DNA of 64,000 bases from Azolla caroliniana (Eukaryota; Plantae; Polypodiophyta). The stretch spans positions 16,740,001 to 16,804,000 of the forward strand of contig JBHGNT010000004.1 of assembly GCA_043228905.1 (NCBI GenBank), read 5' to 3'. Below, piece after piece: positions 25,701 through 40,121 of this stretch; within the stretch, counting starts at the first letter, position 1, and each line of letters opens with the position of its first letter. The notes under the pieces are model-generated. The model saw only the letters and a list, made by a program, of their open reading frames with translations, ran no database searches and was not told the DNA's origin. The translations under genes were made by a program, and so were the position numbers.

Positions 25701-28700
25701 AACAGTTTCAAGAAGAGGCCAGAAATAGCGCAAAACTTCAAGCACTGGATCTTCACCACTCTGATTCAATTTATTAGAGACTGACAAATGGCTTAAAATT
25801 AAGCCTAATCTGCATAGAGCATGGGACAATGCCACAATAAGGTCATTGACAACAAAGAGAGAAAAAGCAACTCGAAAATAATGTATTATTGTTTTACCAG
25901 GATCATTTTCTTGACTTCCCTAATATAAATATTTTTAAGGGAAAACAATCAAACATATACCTAATAAGTGCTCGTACGGCAGCTTCTAAAATTGCTCCAT
26001 CTGTCCCACAGTATTGTCTGCATGAGCTACCCTCTTCTGTTTTGAGCTGCATGTTGTATGCAAAAACATGAAGGACAAATAATCTGAATACTAATCGCCA
26101 TATAAGTGCATCTTTGCCATGAAAGCAGTTTAATATTTCTCCTTTGTAGAAAGGGCACAATCGGCACATCAATCAAAAGATGAAACTCCAGATAATCTAG
26201 GGAGGATGAATGTTTAAGAAGTCAGATACTCCCAGTTATATATTATATGACTTACCAAATTCACAGCACTTATTCAAATCAGTGTGACAAGTAATAATTA
26301 GTTATTGTATTCCAATTGACAAATGGATGACTTACCAAAACCTCAATAGCCTCATAACTTGGTTTAAGTACCCTTTTCAGTGAAATGTCAAGTACTTCTC
26401 CGCTACTGATAGTCGCTAGTATTGTTCCAATTGCAGAAATGATATCCTCTTCTTCACGATGGACAAGACCCATTCTATGTACACCCTTGAATGAAAAATT
26501 GGAAAGAATATTTGAACATGATCACCTTCCTTAAACTTGACAAATAAAGATTTCCAAAAACATATCATGCATACCTCACCAATCCAGAGAAGTCCTTCTA
26601 AGTTACCAGGCTCATTTGAGATGCCGGAGACCTCTTCACAAAGCTTACGTAGCGCAACTGCACTACTACTTGCTGCAGCAGGTATGTGAAGGCCAGATGC
26701 AAGAAAAGAACTGAAAACACTTGTGGGTATTATTCTCTAATCTGGAAATCAATGCAGCATAATGAATATAATTCTACATGACGAAGAAGGAAGTGCTACT
26801 TACAGTAGCGGAGGAATTGTTGTTGCTGAAGGGCACAGCAACTTTGAGTAAGATCCAACAACATCAGCTGCAGATTTATATACCTGAGCACATGGAAAGC
26901 ACCTTTGAGAACATACCTTATGTCTCACAAGCTACCTCATTTGATTTAGCCTGAGTTATTGTGCTTTTCACTATTCTAGAAGAAAAATGCTGTGGATTAT
27001 AATATTCAAAATCAGCAGCATGAATCTAAAACAAAGGGCAGAATCCTATTCAACAAGTAAAGATATGCATATAGAGTCACCATCTTTCAGAGAGACAATG
27101 TGCCAATCCAATCACAAAACTATACATATCGCTTTACTATCAAGGCTCCACAATAGATGCAAGAGTAACAGATTCTATATTGTGACATCTTTATTTCAGG
27201 CATCATATTGAGGATATTGCAAATGGATGGGCTAAAGAAGAAGTTTGGCATCTACTCGAGCATTGTAGCTAACAGCTAAATAAGTTTCCATCTTGTTTAC
27301 ACTAAGGGCCAATGCCATTCTTCTTACTAGAGCCATAGAGATCTCAGCTATATGGCTACAAAATCAGATACCATGAGGCTAGTCACAAACTACTACAACC
27401 ACCCATTCCTTTTAGCTACTGCTCCACTAGTTTGTTCATAGACCATTTACCATATTTATTATGAGGTACAAATATGCCAGTTTTGTATCTTTGTAAAAAT
27501 TATTTGGGCTAAAGGTAATGCAAAGTCAGAATCTATCTGTAATGAAACCCTATTCTGAGATTCTGGATAGTTTGCTTACAGATTATTTACCATATTTATG
27601 ATGAGATACAATTATGCTAGTTTTATACACATTTGTAGAAATGATTCGGTCTCATTGGTTATTTTGGTCTTTACATAGACAATCATGTTACTTGCTTTCA
27701 TTCTAGAGCAATCATTGAGACTATTAAATTTCCTTTCAAATAGATGAAACCAGGAAAAAAAAAGTACCATTAAATTTCTATGTTGGTTCTATAGATTTCA
27801 GAAACTCAAACAGACAAGTAAACCAGATCTACCAGTCTCCTTAAAATGTAAAGTCTTCCTTCCACAGATGGCAGAAACTCAACCAGATGAATAAACCAGA
27901 TTTACCAGTGTCCTAAAGAGTAAAGTCTTTCTTCCACAGATTGCAGACAATCAACCAGATCCACCAGTCTTGCTAACATGTGCTAATGTAGTGTCTCAAA
28001 TACAGACATTTGCATTTATTTTTCTTCTATAATGAAAATATTCACATTTTCTAACCAAGTGTATCAATGTCGGTGCTGAATCAATCTGACTGGTATGCAT
28101 CGACATTATCAAGCGAACAATCAGTGTAAGATCAAAATTTTGTTCATCTTCTAGCACTACTTCTGCCACCTGAAAAAAAACATCAGTTTGTATCAGTCAA
28201 TAAGTCACTGGCCATTATAAACTCTCTCAACAATCAGCTTAAAATTTGCACAAAGTTTGTACCTGAAATATTTCACAATTACCTAAGCACTATGAGTAAT
28301 GATTCTTTAAGTTCTTGTCAATGGCTATATGTAGAGAGTGCTACATTCACAAGGCAAATCCCCTGACAAGGACAAATTTATAGCCACAAAAATATCAAAC
28401 TTGACATAAGCTTAGTAATTTATTGATATAGTTCATTCATCTAATCCAGTAGGAGTGACTATTATGCCATCAAGAGAAACCTGAATTGATGTGGAGACAA
28501 GATAAATCCGGTATTCCACAGACCTAAGTGAGAAGCATAGCCCAGGCTTGTAGTTTGGGTTTCAAGAACTTGAGAATGACAGCTCATCGTTATTGATGTA
28601 AAGCTTATAAACTGTTTCGCTTCCGGAATACCTCTCATATGCATCTTTGCTTTATACACTTCCACATAGCAGGGCCCAATCCACAATCCTTCAATGGCCG

Positions 28701-31700
28701 TCTCCAGGCTCATTGTATTATATCTCTCTCTTCCCCACCCGAATGCCTCACGCCCACATGAATCAACCTTCTTTACACCACAAATTGTAAGAAATGCCAT
28801 TGATCGGCTACAATTTGGGAAGGCCCAAGATCATGATGGACTGGTGGGTGAGCACTTTATCTATGCCCGTGACACCTTGCTCCCATTGCTAGCACACATC
28901 TTTAATAGAGCCATGTGTGAAGGTTTCCCTACTGGATGGACTCAGCATACCATTGTGCCAATCCTCAAAAGTGGAGACCCCATGCTGCCAAGTAACTATA
29001 GGACAATCATGATTGGCCATTACTTGGCTAAACTATATGGGTCGATTCTAGAATCAGAATTGAGTATATGGGCAATGCAGAATGGCTGCCGTTCAGTTGG
29101 ACAGGCAGGCTTTCAGAAGGGGTTCACAACTTTGGATCACATATTCACCCTCCGGGCCCTTATTGAGGAGGGCAGAGCCCACAATAAGAGGATTTATTGC
29201 TGCTTTGTGGATTTCCGAAAAGCCTTTGACACTGCCACGTGCTCGGCTTATGCAGCGGCTAGAAGCCCTTGGTGTTCCTACATATATACAATGGGGAGTC
29301 TATGCACTCTATGAATCCGTGTCAGCAAATGTCAGGAAAACTGCGATCTCCAAAGGGCTTGTCAGAGGCAGTGGCTAGCACAATTGGAGTGAAGCAAGGA
29401 TGACCACTATTCCCCACTCTCTTCGGTCTCTATATAGATGAGGTATCACATTACATAGAGAGATTTGGGGGTTCTGGAGCACGCCTAGCAGGTATAGCTA
29501 TACAAATATTACTATAGGCTGATGACATTGTGTTGATCTCTAAATGCCTTAAAACTATTTTGTACGGACAAAGGCTTGTCAATCAACATGAAAAAAACTA
29601 GTGTGATGATGTTTAACACAACTCAAGCATGGGTAACAAGATCAGAACCAGAATTCTTCTTGGGAGAGGAAAAGGTGGAATGCACGCGCTCCTACACATA
29701 CCTAGGAGTAACATTTATAGGACCTAGGTTCTCCGTGCAGGGGGCTGCTTGTGCCCGACTTTCTCGTGGATATGCAGCCCTTGGTGCTCTTGAGAGACAA
29801 TGTGCACATTTGCAGTTCCAAGAGCCACGGACTAAGCTCTGGTTATTTGATATACTTGTCACACCAACTCTTCTCTATGGAGTAGAAACATGGGGACCAA
29901 GTATTAACAAGGAAAATCATTGGAAAGATTTAGAGAGACATTTAGTGTCAATGATTGATCGCATGATAAGGAGCAAAGCGTCGGTGCCCCACGATATAAT
30001 TCAGGCAGAGATGGGAGCAGCACCTATAATCACCAAGGCATTGTTCCAATCAGTGACATTTATCCAACATCTTTGGGAGCTCCCTAAACGAAGGTACCCA
30101 AGGTTGGCAATTATGTCATCAAGATAACTGGCTAAAAATGGAGACATTCATTGTTGGTATATTAAAATGCAACAATGGTTCAAGTCACATGGCATGAGCA
30201 TAGATGCACTACCCCCGTTCCAATATAGCTTGGACTGTCCCCACCTAAATATGACCAAAGTGGAAAAGAATAGAGTGATCTGAACTCATATTATTAACTT
30301 GGAAAACAAGATAACATGGATCAGCCCCAAAATAGCACTTGGTACAAAGATGGCCCACTATAAGACACACTTCTTACATACATCGGAGGATGGATTCGTC
30401 ATCAGGCCACCTTATATGGACATACATCTATCTTATGCGTTGCGTAGTGTGATAGGACAGTTACGAACTTCATCACATCAGCTACAGATTGAGGTAGGCA
30501 CATATACACGACTACATCTAGAAGAGAGAATTTGCCCATTGTGTCATGGAGTGGAATCTGAGGAACACTATGTTTGTCATTGTAGTGTCTTTTATGAAAT
30601 CAGAGGGAGATACCATTGCCTCTTTAAACAAGGCTTTGGCCCACTACGCAAGGTAATGGAATATGAGGACCAACGATGCCTAGGACTTTTCTTGCTAGAG
30701 GTTAAGAGACATCGGGAAAAGTTGTTGAAAAATACAGCCATACAAGCTCATCCACAAAGAACAATCACAACTTTCTTTAGCCCCATCACTCCTACTAATG
30801 CTACAAGTCCATCACGGGATACACAAAATGGGCTCCAAACCAAGACATAACAAAGGGGTTACAATTGATAGGGCAATAGCAATTTGCCGTGCACGTAGGC
30901 CCCGGCCCCATTGACCACGACCTCGACACCCTTGTCATCGACAGATAAAAGCCATTATCTCCCGCCATCGTAGGTGCTTCCCTCGCTTCGGAGACATTTC
31001 CATTCTGGATCGACCTATGATAGAGATCTTTCGAAGACAAAAGCTACAATATACCTAACTTGAGAATATCACATGTGCCAAAAACCAGATTCCCTCGTTT
31101 CTTCTCTTTTCATCTTATTTACTTTTATATTTACTGTGTAATATTTATTTTATTTTGATTTGTTCTCAAAGACGAGACAACACTCAAGATGTAATCTCTT
31201 ATTTGGTCTTATAGGCCATTTTGGCCTCTTAAAAGACATTAATATATCTCTCTTTCTTTCTTTCTTTCTCGGAGCATATGATCCATCATTATTGCCATCA
31301 TGAGAGGAAAGTCTTCATTCGATGCTGAAGACATCTTCCCTTCCTTACTTCTAAAAGAGATAAAAGCAAAGTCTTTTTTACAATATGACACATCCTATTC
31401 ATGCCACATCCATGCCCATTTCTAAATGAGATAGAAACACATGGCCCTGTTTATAGTATCATGCACTCAATCTCCATACGACATAACTACATTACATCTG
31501 AATAAGGTGGACGCACATAGCCTGGTTTTTAGAGCCTCAGTACTTACACATTTACATCTTATCACAAAATATAATCAACGTTATATGATGCTCAATTGAC
31601 TACAAGTGTCAACTATGTCTGCATATAGATGTAGGTCCATCAGCCTGATAGTTTAAGGCAAGGAAAGAATTCAGTATAGCCAGAAACTTTTCTTCATAAA

Positions 31701-34700
31701 TCACCCTACAGTCAGTGGTAGCTTACAGAAACACTAAGGATTGTAAACTTTGAATTTCATGGAAGATCTACTTTCTATGAGAACAATGTTCATTACAATC
31801 TCAAATAACTAGAATTTTTGCAGTCATCGAAATCAATTTCAAGTGACATCATATGTTAATCATGTTCCATAAAAAAATGAAACTTACAGAGTTCAATATG
31901 AAGAGGCGGACTTCCACTGTTCTCCAGGGAATAGTTGATTCCAGTGCAACCCAAGAACCACTTAGCACCTTCATGATAATATTATATGTTAACAAACAGA
32001 AATAGCTTCAAATATGACAAGCACACAAGAAGTTCTGCCTGCAAGAACAGTAAATAGAATAGAGTGAATCGGCTTAACTAGAAACAAGCAATAGTAGGCA
32101 TGTACAGCAGCAATGAGCAATGGAGGGAAATTTTAGAAGTGCCCGCATTTTTTTCTTGACATACATCCAAATTAGAATTTTTCAAAAAAGTTTCAAAAAT
32201 AATTTGCAGTAACATTCATGAACATTATCTTGCCCTCTGCAAAGTCCAGATTCATTTTGCATTTGCAAAATTTGGAGCTTAATGTCAATCATGATCAATA
32301 ATAGACAAGGAGGTCGAAACTTTGGTTCTGTCTCAAAAATGTGGCTTTTTTAATCTTTTTCCAGATATATAGAAAAACATAAATTAGCCTGCTTTGTGGA
32401 TCAGGATACTCAAATCATAAGTGTTCACACTGTTTTCATGCTTGATAGGACAGATAAATAACTAGCTTCATTACTTCATTAAGAAAGTACCTCAATAGAT
32501 CTTAATTGGAGACAAAACTCAAAACTATGTGAAAATAACTCGATCACAGTTCCAAAAATTCTTATACATGGATAGCAATACTAGATGGGGGCTTTGAATA
32601 TATTTGCAGCTTATAATATGAAGAAACTCGTCCAGATTGTCACTTGGTAGAGAGAACAGCGATTATTGAACTCGTCCACCTAAGTTATTCGCCACATGAC
32701 TAGGACTGATAGAATAACAGCAAAAACTAATATTCTTTACATGAAATTGCACAAGGCTGAAACACAGAGCATCTTTAACAGTATTGCATATAAAATCTGG
32801 ATAAGAATGTCATACTCCAAATTTCCTAATTCCGTTGTTTTAATAAATATGGTCTCATATTTACAACGTTATCTCGCTTTCAATAAAAATAAAAGTTGGT
32901 CAAATTTTGGCTTATCTGTTAACAAACATCATTGATATTACCTTCGCTACGAATTGAGAAGGGCCTAATAAGTAGCAAATGTTTGTAAGGAGCTCCTCAA
33001 GGTTCCGACGAAAGCGAACAAGCCCATCTGGAAGATCTTTGCATTCATTGGCACTGTATTGTAACATCTGCAAGCTTGCATTGCATCAAGATAAATAACA
33101 AAAACAAGATATTTTCATGTAACTCATTCTTACTTTATTCAACTGTGTACTTCATTATTTCTTAGTTCCTTTCTATCCTTACAGCAAGAGGTGTTTTTTC
33201 AACCCAAGATGGATGTTTAAGGGTTGTCTTGGCTCGCATCAGAAGTTTAAAGGTTTGTCTTGCCTGGTATGTTTTAAATAAATCAGCACCTTGGTGCATA
33301 TTGAGATACGTTCACATACTAGCTAACTGGAATTTCTAGCACTTTGAAAAACACTGAAAGGACTTCCCAACATCAAGGAATATCACAATCTATCCTCTCT
33401 GACAATACATACATACCTAATGGCACCCAAGCTGCAATTTTCTTTCCATATGTTTACTCAACTCATGAACATTTTTAAGGATTCTTTGATCAACATGGTT
33501 GTAACCGTTTGAGAAGGGAAGCACTTACTAAACAAATGACATGCCAATGACTTTGCCACTGGAGAAAAATTATGTTTGAGTTTACCTCTGCCCTAAGAAA
33601 CAATGTATCGAGGAGGACTGCATAGACAGGGGCAAATGATGTTAATACTGCTTTCTTTTGAGCCTCATTGCTTAGTCCCAAAATAAATTCTGCCAAGGTA
33701 CACCTGTACGTAAAAACTTGAAGTGTCTGAATATTCAAATGTCCAGATGGATTGAAATAATGTATAAATATTTTCAGAATGTAGAAAGCATATAAAAATT
33801 CTAAATGAATTTGAGAAGACACACCAGGGTGTGTAAAAACAATTATTGCATGCCAAAAATTGAAGCTAAATATTGCAAAAAAAATGAAACTCTAAATGAA
33901 TGGGCTCCCAACTAGGACTTCGCAAAGAGGCTACAATAGATTGGGCAATAGCAATTGGTCATTCACGTAGGCCCTGGCCTCGTGGACCACGATCCCACCA
34001 CCTTTGTCGTGAACAGATAAAGGCCATTATCTTCCACCATCTCTGGTGCTTCCTCTCTGGAGACCTCTTTGTTCCAAATCGGCCTATGCTAGAGATCTTT
34101 CAAAGGCAAAGAGTACAATGTATGAGGCTTGAGAATCTTACATGTGTAGATGATGAGATTCTTTAATCACGCCTTAATTCTATTTCTATTTACTTATTAC
34201 TTAGTTATGTTTAGTTTGGTTTGATGTTCTCAAAGATGGGACAACATTTCAAGATGCAATCTCTTGTTTGGTCTTATAGGTCATTCTGCCCTTGTAAAAG
34301 ATGTTAATATATCTTTCTTTCTTTCTTGTAAAAGATCAGAACCGGAATTCTTCATGGGAGAGGAAAAGGTGGAATACACACGCTCCTACACATACCAAGG
34401 AGTAACATTTACAAGGCCTAGGTTCTCCTTACAGGAGGCTGCTTTTGCCCAACTTTCTCGTGGATATGCAGCCCTTGGTGCTCTCAAGAGACAATGTGCA
34501 CATTTGCAGTTCCAAGAGCCACGGACTAAGCTCTGGTTATTTGATACACTTGTCACACCAACTCTTCTCTATGGAGTAGAAACATGGGGACCAAGTATTA
34601 ACAAGGAAAATCATTGGAAAGATTTAGAGAAACTTTAAGTGTCAATGATTGCCCGCATGATAAGAAGCAAAGCATCGGTGCCCCACGATATAATCCAGGC

Positions 34701-36055
34701 AAAGATGGGAGCAACACCTATAATCACCAAGGCATTGTTCCGATCAGTGACATTTATCCAACGTCTTTGAGAGCTCCCTAAACGAAGGTACCCAAGGTTG
34801 GCACTTATGTCATCAAGACAACTGGCTAAAAATGGAGACATTCATTGTTGGTATGTTAAAATGCAACAATGGTTCAAGTCACATGGCATGAGCATAGATG
34901 CACTACCCCCGTTCCAATATAGCTTGGACTGTCCCCATCTAAATATGACCAAAGTGGAAAAGAATAGAGTGATCTGAACTCATATTATTAACTTGGAAAG
35001 CAAGATAACATGGATCAGCTCCAAAATATCACTTGGTACGAAGATGGCCCACTATAAGATACACTTCTTACACACATTGGAGGATGGATTCATCATCAGG
35101 CCACCTTATATGGATATACATCTATCTTATGCGTTGCGTAGTGTGATAGGGCAGCTGTGAACTTCATCACATCAGTTACAGATCGAGGTAGGCAGATATA
35201 CACGAATACCTCTAGAAGAAAGAATTTGCCAATTGTGTCATCAAGGAGTGGAATCCGAAGAACATTATGTTTGTCATTGTAGTGTCTTTTATGAGATGTG
35301 AGGGGGATACCATTGCCTCTTTAAACAAGGCTTTGGCCCCCTACGCAAGGTAATAGAATATGAGGACCAACGGTGCCTAGGACTTTTCTTGCTAGAGCTG
35401 AAGAGACATCGAGAAAAGTTGTTGAAGAATACAGCCACACAAGGCTTGGGCCCGCTACGCAAGGTAATAGAATATGAGGACCAACGGTGCCTAGGACTTT
35501 TCTTGTTTGAGCTCATGAGACATCGGGAAAAGTTGTTGAAGAATACAGCCACACAAGCTCACCCACAAAGAACAATCACAACTTTCTTTAGCCCCATCAC
35601 TCCTACTAATGCTACAAGTCCATCATGGGATACACAAAATGGGCTCCAAACCAATACATAACAAAGGGGTTACAATTGATCGAGCAATAGCAATTTGCCG
35701 TGCAAGTAGGCCCCGACCCCATGGACCATGATCTTGACACCCTTGTCATCGACAGATAAAAGCCATTATCTCCCGCCATCGTAGGTGCTTCCATCGCCTT
35801 GAAGACATTTCCATTTTGGATCGACCTATGCTAGAGATCTTTCGAAGAAAAAAGCTACAATATACCTAACTTGAGAATCTCACATGTGCCAAAAACCAGA
35901 TTCCCTTGTTTCTTGTCTTTTCATTTTATTTACTTTTATATTTATTGTGTAATATTTATTTTATTTTGATTTGTTCTCAAAGACGAGACAACACTCAAGA
36001 TGTAATCTCTTATTTGGTCTTATAGGCCATTTTGGCCTCTTAAAAGACGTTAACA

Positions 36056-36104
<49 letters not shown>

Positions 36105-39100
36105 ACCCATTTTTCACTTTCTAGATTTACTTATTCCAACACTTTTTTATTTGACTTCTGAACCTGCCACTACATTTCAGCATCGTGACATGAGGAGATG
36201 CGTCACAAAGTAACTCGGGGTATTTAGTGCATGGAAAATATTTAGTGAGGCAACATACCACACAACTGACCTCACCTCAGGTGTGGTATGAATATGCAAA
36301 GGTATTATATGATATCCTTGGGCAGCCCTCATCCACATGGCTCACACCCGCATGAATCCACCGTTTTTACTCCACAAAGTGTAAGAAATGCCATTAATTA
36401 AAATTTGAAAAGGCTCAGGACCATGATGGATTGGTAGGTCACCAATTTATTTATGCCCGTGCCATCTTGCTCCTATTGCTACCACACATCTTTATTATAG
36501 CTGTGTGAAGGTTTCCCTATATGATGGACAGAACATATCATTGTGCCAATCCTCAAGAGAGAAGACCCCATGATGCCGGGCAACTATAGGACAATCATGA
36601 TTGGCCATTACTTTGCTAAACTATATGGCTCGATCCTAGAGTCAGGCAAAGCGAAATGGTTGCTGTTAAGCCGGACAGGCAGGCTTCCAGAAGGGCTTCA
36701 CAACTTTGGATCACATATTGACCCACCGAGCCCTTATCAAGGAGGGCAGATCCCATAATAAGAGCATTAATTGCTGTTTTGTGTATTTCCTTCGATATTG
36801 CCATGGAATCTACACGTTGTATGAATCCTTGTCAGGAAAAGTGAGGTTTCTCAATGATTTGTCGATCTCTATATAGACGAGGTATCACATTGCATAGAGA
36901 GATTGGGGGTGCAAGAGCATGCCTAGAGAGTATCGCCATCCAAATATTCCTATATGCTGACGATATTGTGCTAATCTCCAACTCTTCAGATCAATTTGTT
37001 GTGCACGTAGGCCCTGGCCTCGTGGACCATGATCTCACCACTCTCGTCATCAACAAGTAAAGTTACTGCCACAATCTCAGGTGCTTCCCTCACTGGAGGC
37101 AGAAAGTACAATATACCTGACTTGAGAATCTTACACTATTGATTTGTAAATTTCAAAAAGGCTCTCACATTTCAAGGGCACAGTTATGGGAGAATGGAAG
37201 TACTTGGTTTAGTTATAACAGCAAGTACGTTGCATATAGCTGAAAAAGGAAGACTTTTCTAGAGAGTTCATGAGCACCATAGGAATGCAACAAGGATGCC
37301 CTAGATCGCCTACTCTATTTGGTTTACGCATTAACCAACTACCAGAGTTCATCCAAGAAACCCTTGGAGAACATAAGAAAACACCAACCATTGGGCATTT
37401 CGAAGTATTGCTTCTGATTTATGTAAATAATATTGTGAGTTTGGCATTGTAAGCTAAGGCGGCAAAAGCATTTAGATATGGTAATATACTTTCTGTGAAT
37501 ATCGTGGGCCCCGTGGTCAAGATGGTTGAGAACTCAGTTAAATCTGAAAGTCAATGGCCAGTTCTGTACTGTGAAGAGGAGTCAGCAAAAATATGATATA
37601 TGCAATTGCAGTTCAGAGAGGCAGAATTTCATCAAGATTATGGAATGAGAAAGAGAAAATACAAAATAGGTTTTCATATGATCATTTAGGAGTTTAAGCA
37701 TGGTCCCATACTCCATAATATTCACAATGAAATTCGACAAAAATATTAATTTTTCCGTTTCAGCATTTACTTTTCCTTTCTATTTTATCATTTTGAAATT
37801 TCCCACCCACATGGCTGGGGAGAGTGATTTGTATGGATTGTTGATCCAAAGGCTCATGGTGGCTCTCTTTGGATGTTAATATATTCACATGATTACTAGT
37901 TTTGGGCATTGTGAGATGTCAAAATATCCCAATTCTACATTGTTTGGATTTTTAGCTCATATTCAAGAAATTAAGCTCAATACTTTCATTGGAAACATTA
38001 TTTTATTTACATATTCCTATATGTATGAAACAAGAAAAGCATAATCCTAGGGATGTTGAGAGACCATTGAGATGATTATAGTGGTATGCTGCAGAGAAAT
38101 TTTGCCCATACCTTTACAGTAAATAGAATTTCATTTGCACATTGCTGTTTGTGATCCTTAAATTAGTGTCTTTTGTCAAAAAAACTTTAGGCTTCGTGGT
38201 CATTAGTGTTACTGCTTTACATTCAACCGTTAGATAACATCACATGAGTGTTTCTCTGTTATGTCTACAAAGCAATTGTTTGCAGGAAAGTATTCTGCAC
38301 AACTATAATCTGTTTAATAGTAACTTCATCTACTCAATCAAAATTGAAAGTTCCCACATGCAAATTGTCTCCAACTTTGTGAAATAATGAAGTAGAAACT
38401 AGCAATAACATGGATCAATAATGAATACAATGAGAGAGTTTCTATATGTAATTGTATTCTCAGTTTTAGGACTTATCAGAGAAATATCAGATTATCTAGA
38501 ACCCTTATGTTTACAAAACGCTTGCTTGCAGAATAGTTCTTGCACTGACAATCTTTGTGATAGGAACTTCATCCACTTCAAGAGAATTTGAAATATGCCA
38601 TATAGTAATTGTGTTCAGTTTTGTCACATACAGTAGTAGAAATGTGTAGTAATATGGATCAAACAGCATTACTGTGTGGGGGTTTCTATATTCAATCATA
38701 CTTTCAATTTTAAGACTTAAACAAAGAAATTAATCGAATTATCAACCACTACTTTTTCTTATAATTTTTAGTAACTTCTATTTCCGTTTATATATTTGAT
38801 TAAATAATCATAGCTTCTTGATTCAACAAAAAGTAGAGATGGCATACCAAAAATTTAATGTTGAATCTGCAATCTCCCAATCTTGATCTGGATAAGCTAA
38901 ACAACTGTGTGATAAAAATAGACCACAAAAAAGATGAATTTCAATTACAACGCTTTACCTACATGTCTTTAACATTAAAGTAGAATTCATACAAAAATAT
39001 ATTCATGCCATATGACCTTAAAAGAGCGTCTGTAAGTATAAACGCTTCCTGACTACCTTCAACAATCAGCGTTGGTGCCTGTTTGTTCAGACCAAGAAAA

Positions 39101-40086
39101 GACTCCACTATGAAACTCAGTAGCTTTTACCAGAAAACAAGGTTGAACAAGAATCGCATTTATAAAACACAGAAATTCAAGTAAAACCACGAAAGTATTG
39201 GTCATGAGTATTCTATCTTCAATAACAACGTGTGTTCAGAAACTAACTTGAAATAAGAGCTTTTGCATCCTTCTATGTTGCTTTATATTGCAAGCAATGA
39301 TCAATGAAACGTCATAGTATCTCTCTAGGTTGTACCATCTACTAAGTTGGCACAATGGACAATGTGCATCTTTTGTTTCCTTTTTGACAAATCAGATTTG
39401 AGATTGTCTTATTGACCATGCACTATGCAAAATGATATACTTCACACAATGAAGATCATATTTCCATCTGAAATATTGATCAAATCACTATCTTTCAAAA
39501 AAATCCACAAACTTTGATACTGAAATCCAGCTGTTAGGAGTTCCTATAACCCCTACTAAGATATTACATGTATATCACAAACCCATAAATATTATTGATA
39601 AACATACACAGAAAAAACCAAGCAGACATGTAGGCTCTATTTTATACCCTTCAAAACTGCCATAGAAACTTCATTATCTGCATCTCTTCATTATAAAATG
39701 TATTCACAGTACACTATCATAATTCATACCACTTGACCAATTTCTGACAATAGATATGTCAATCCGCTAATCACACGTTCATCTTTGCTAGATATTGCAG
39801 GACGTAATAAAGCTTCCTTGAAAAACTCAATTTTTGAGATCAGAACAAGAGGCAAAGCCTGAAAGACAATCAAAAATTCAAGATCTCTCACAATCTCTCA
39901 CAATCTCTCACTTGAGAATCTCACATGTGATGAAGACAAGTTTCCCTCGTCTCTTTTTAAATTATTTACTTTTATATTTACTGTGTAGTATTTATTTTAT
40001 TTTGATTTGTTCTCAAAGACGAGACAACACTTAAGATGTAATCTCCTGTTTGGTCTTATAGGCCATTTTGGCCTCTTAAAAGACGT

Positions 40087-40121
<35 letters not shown>

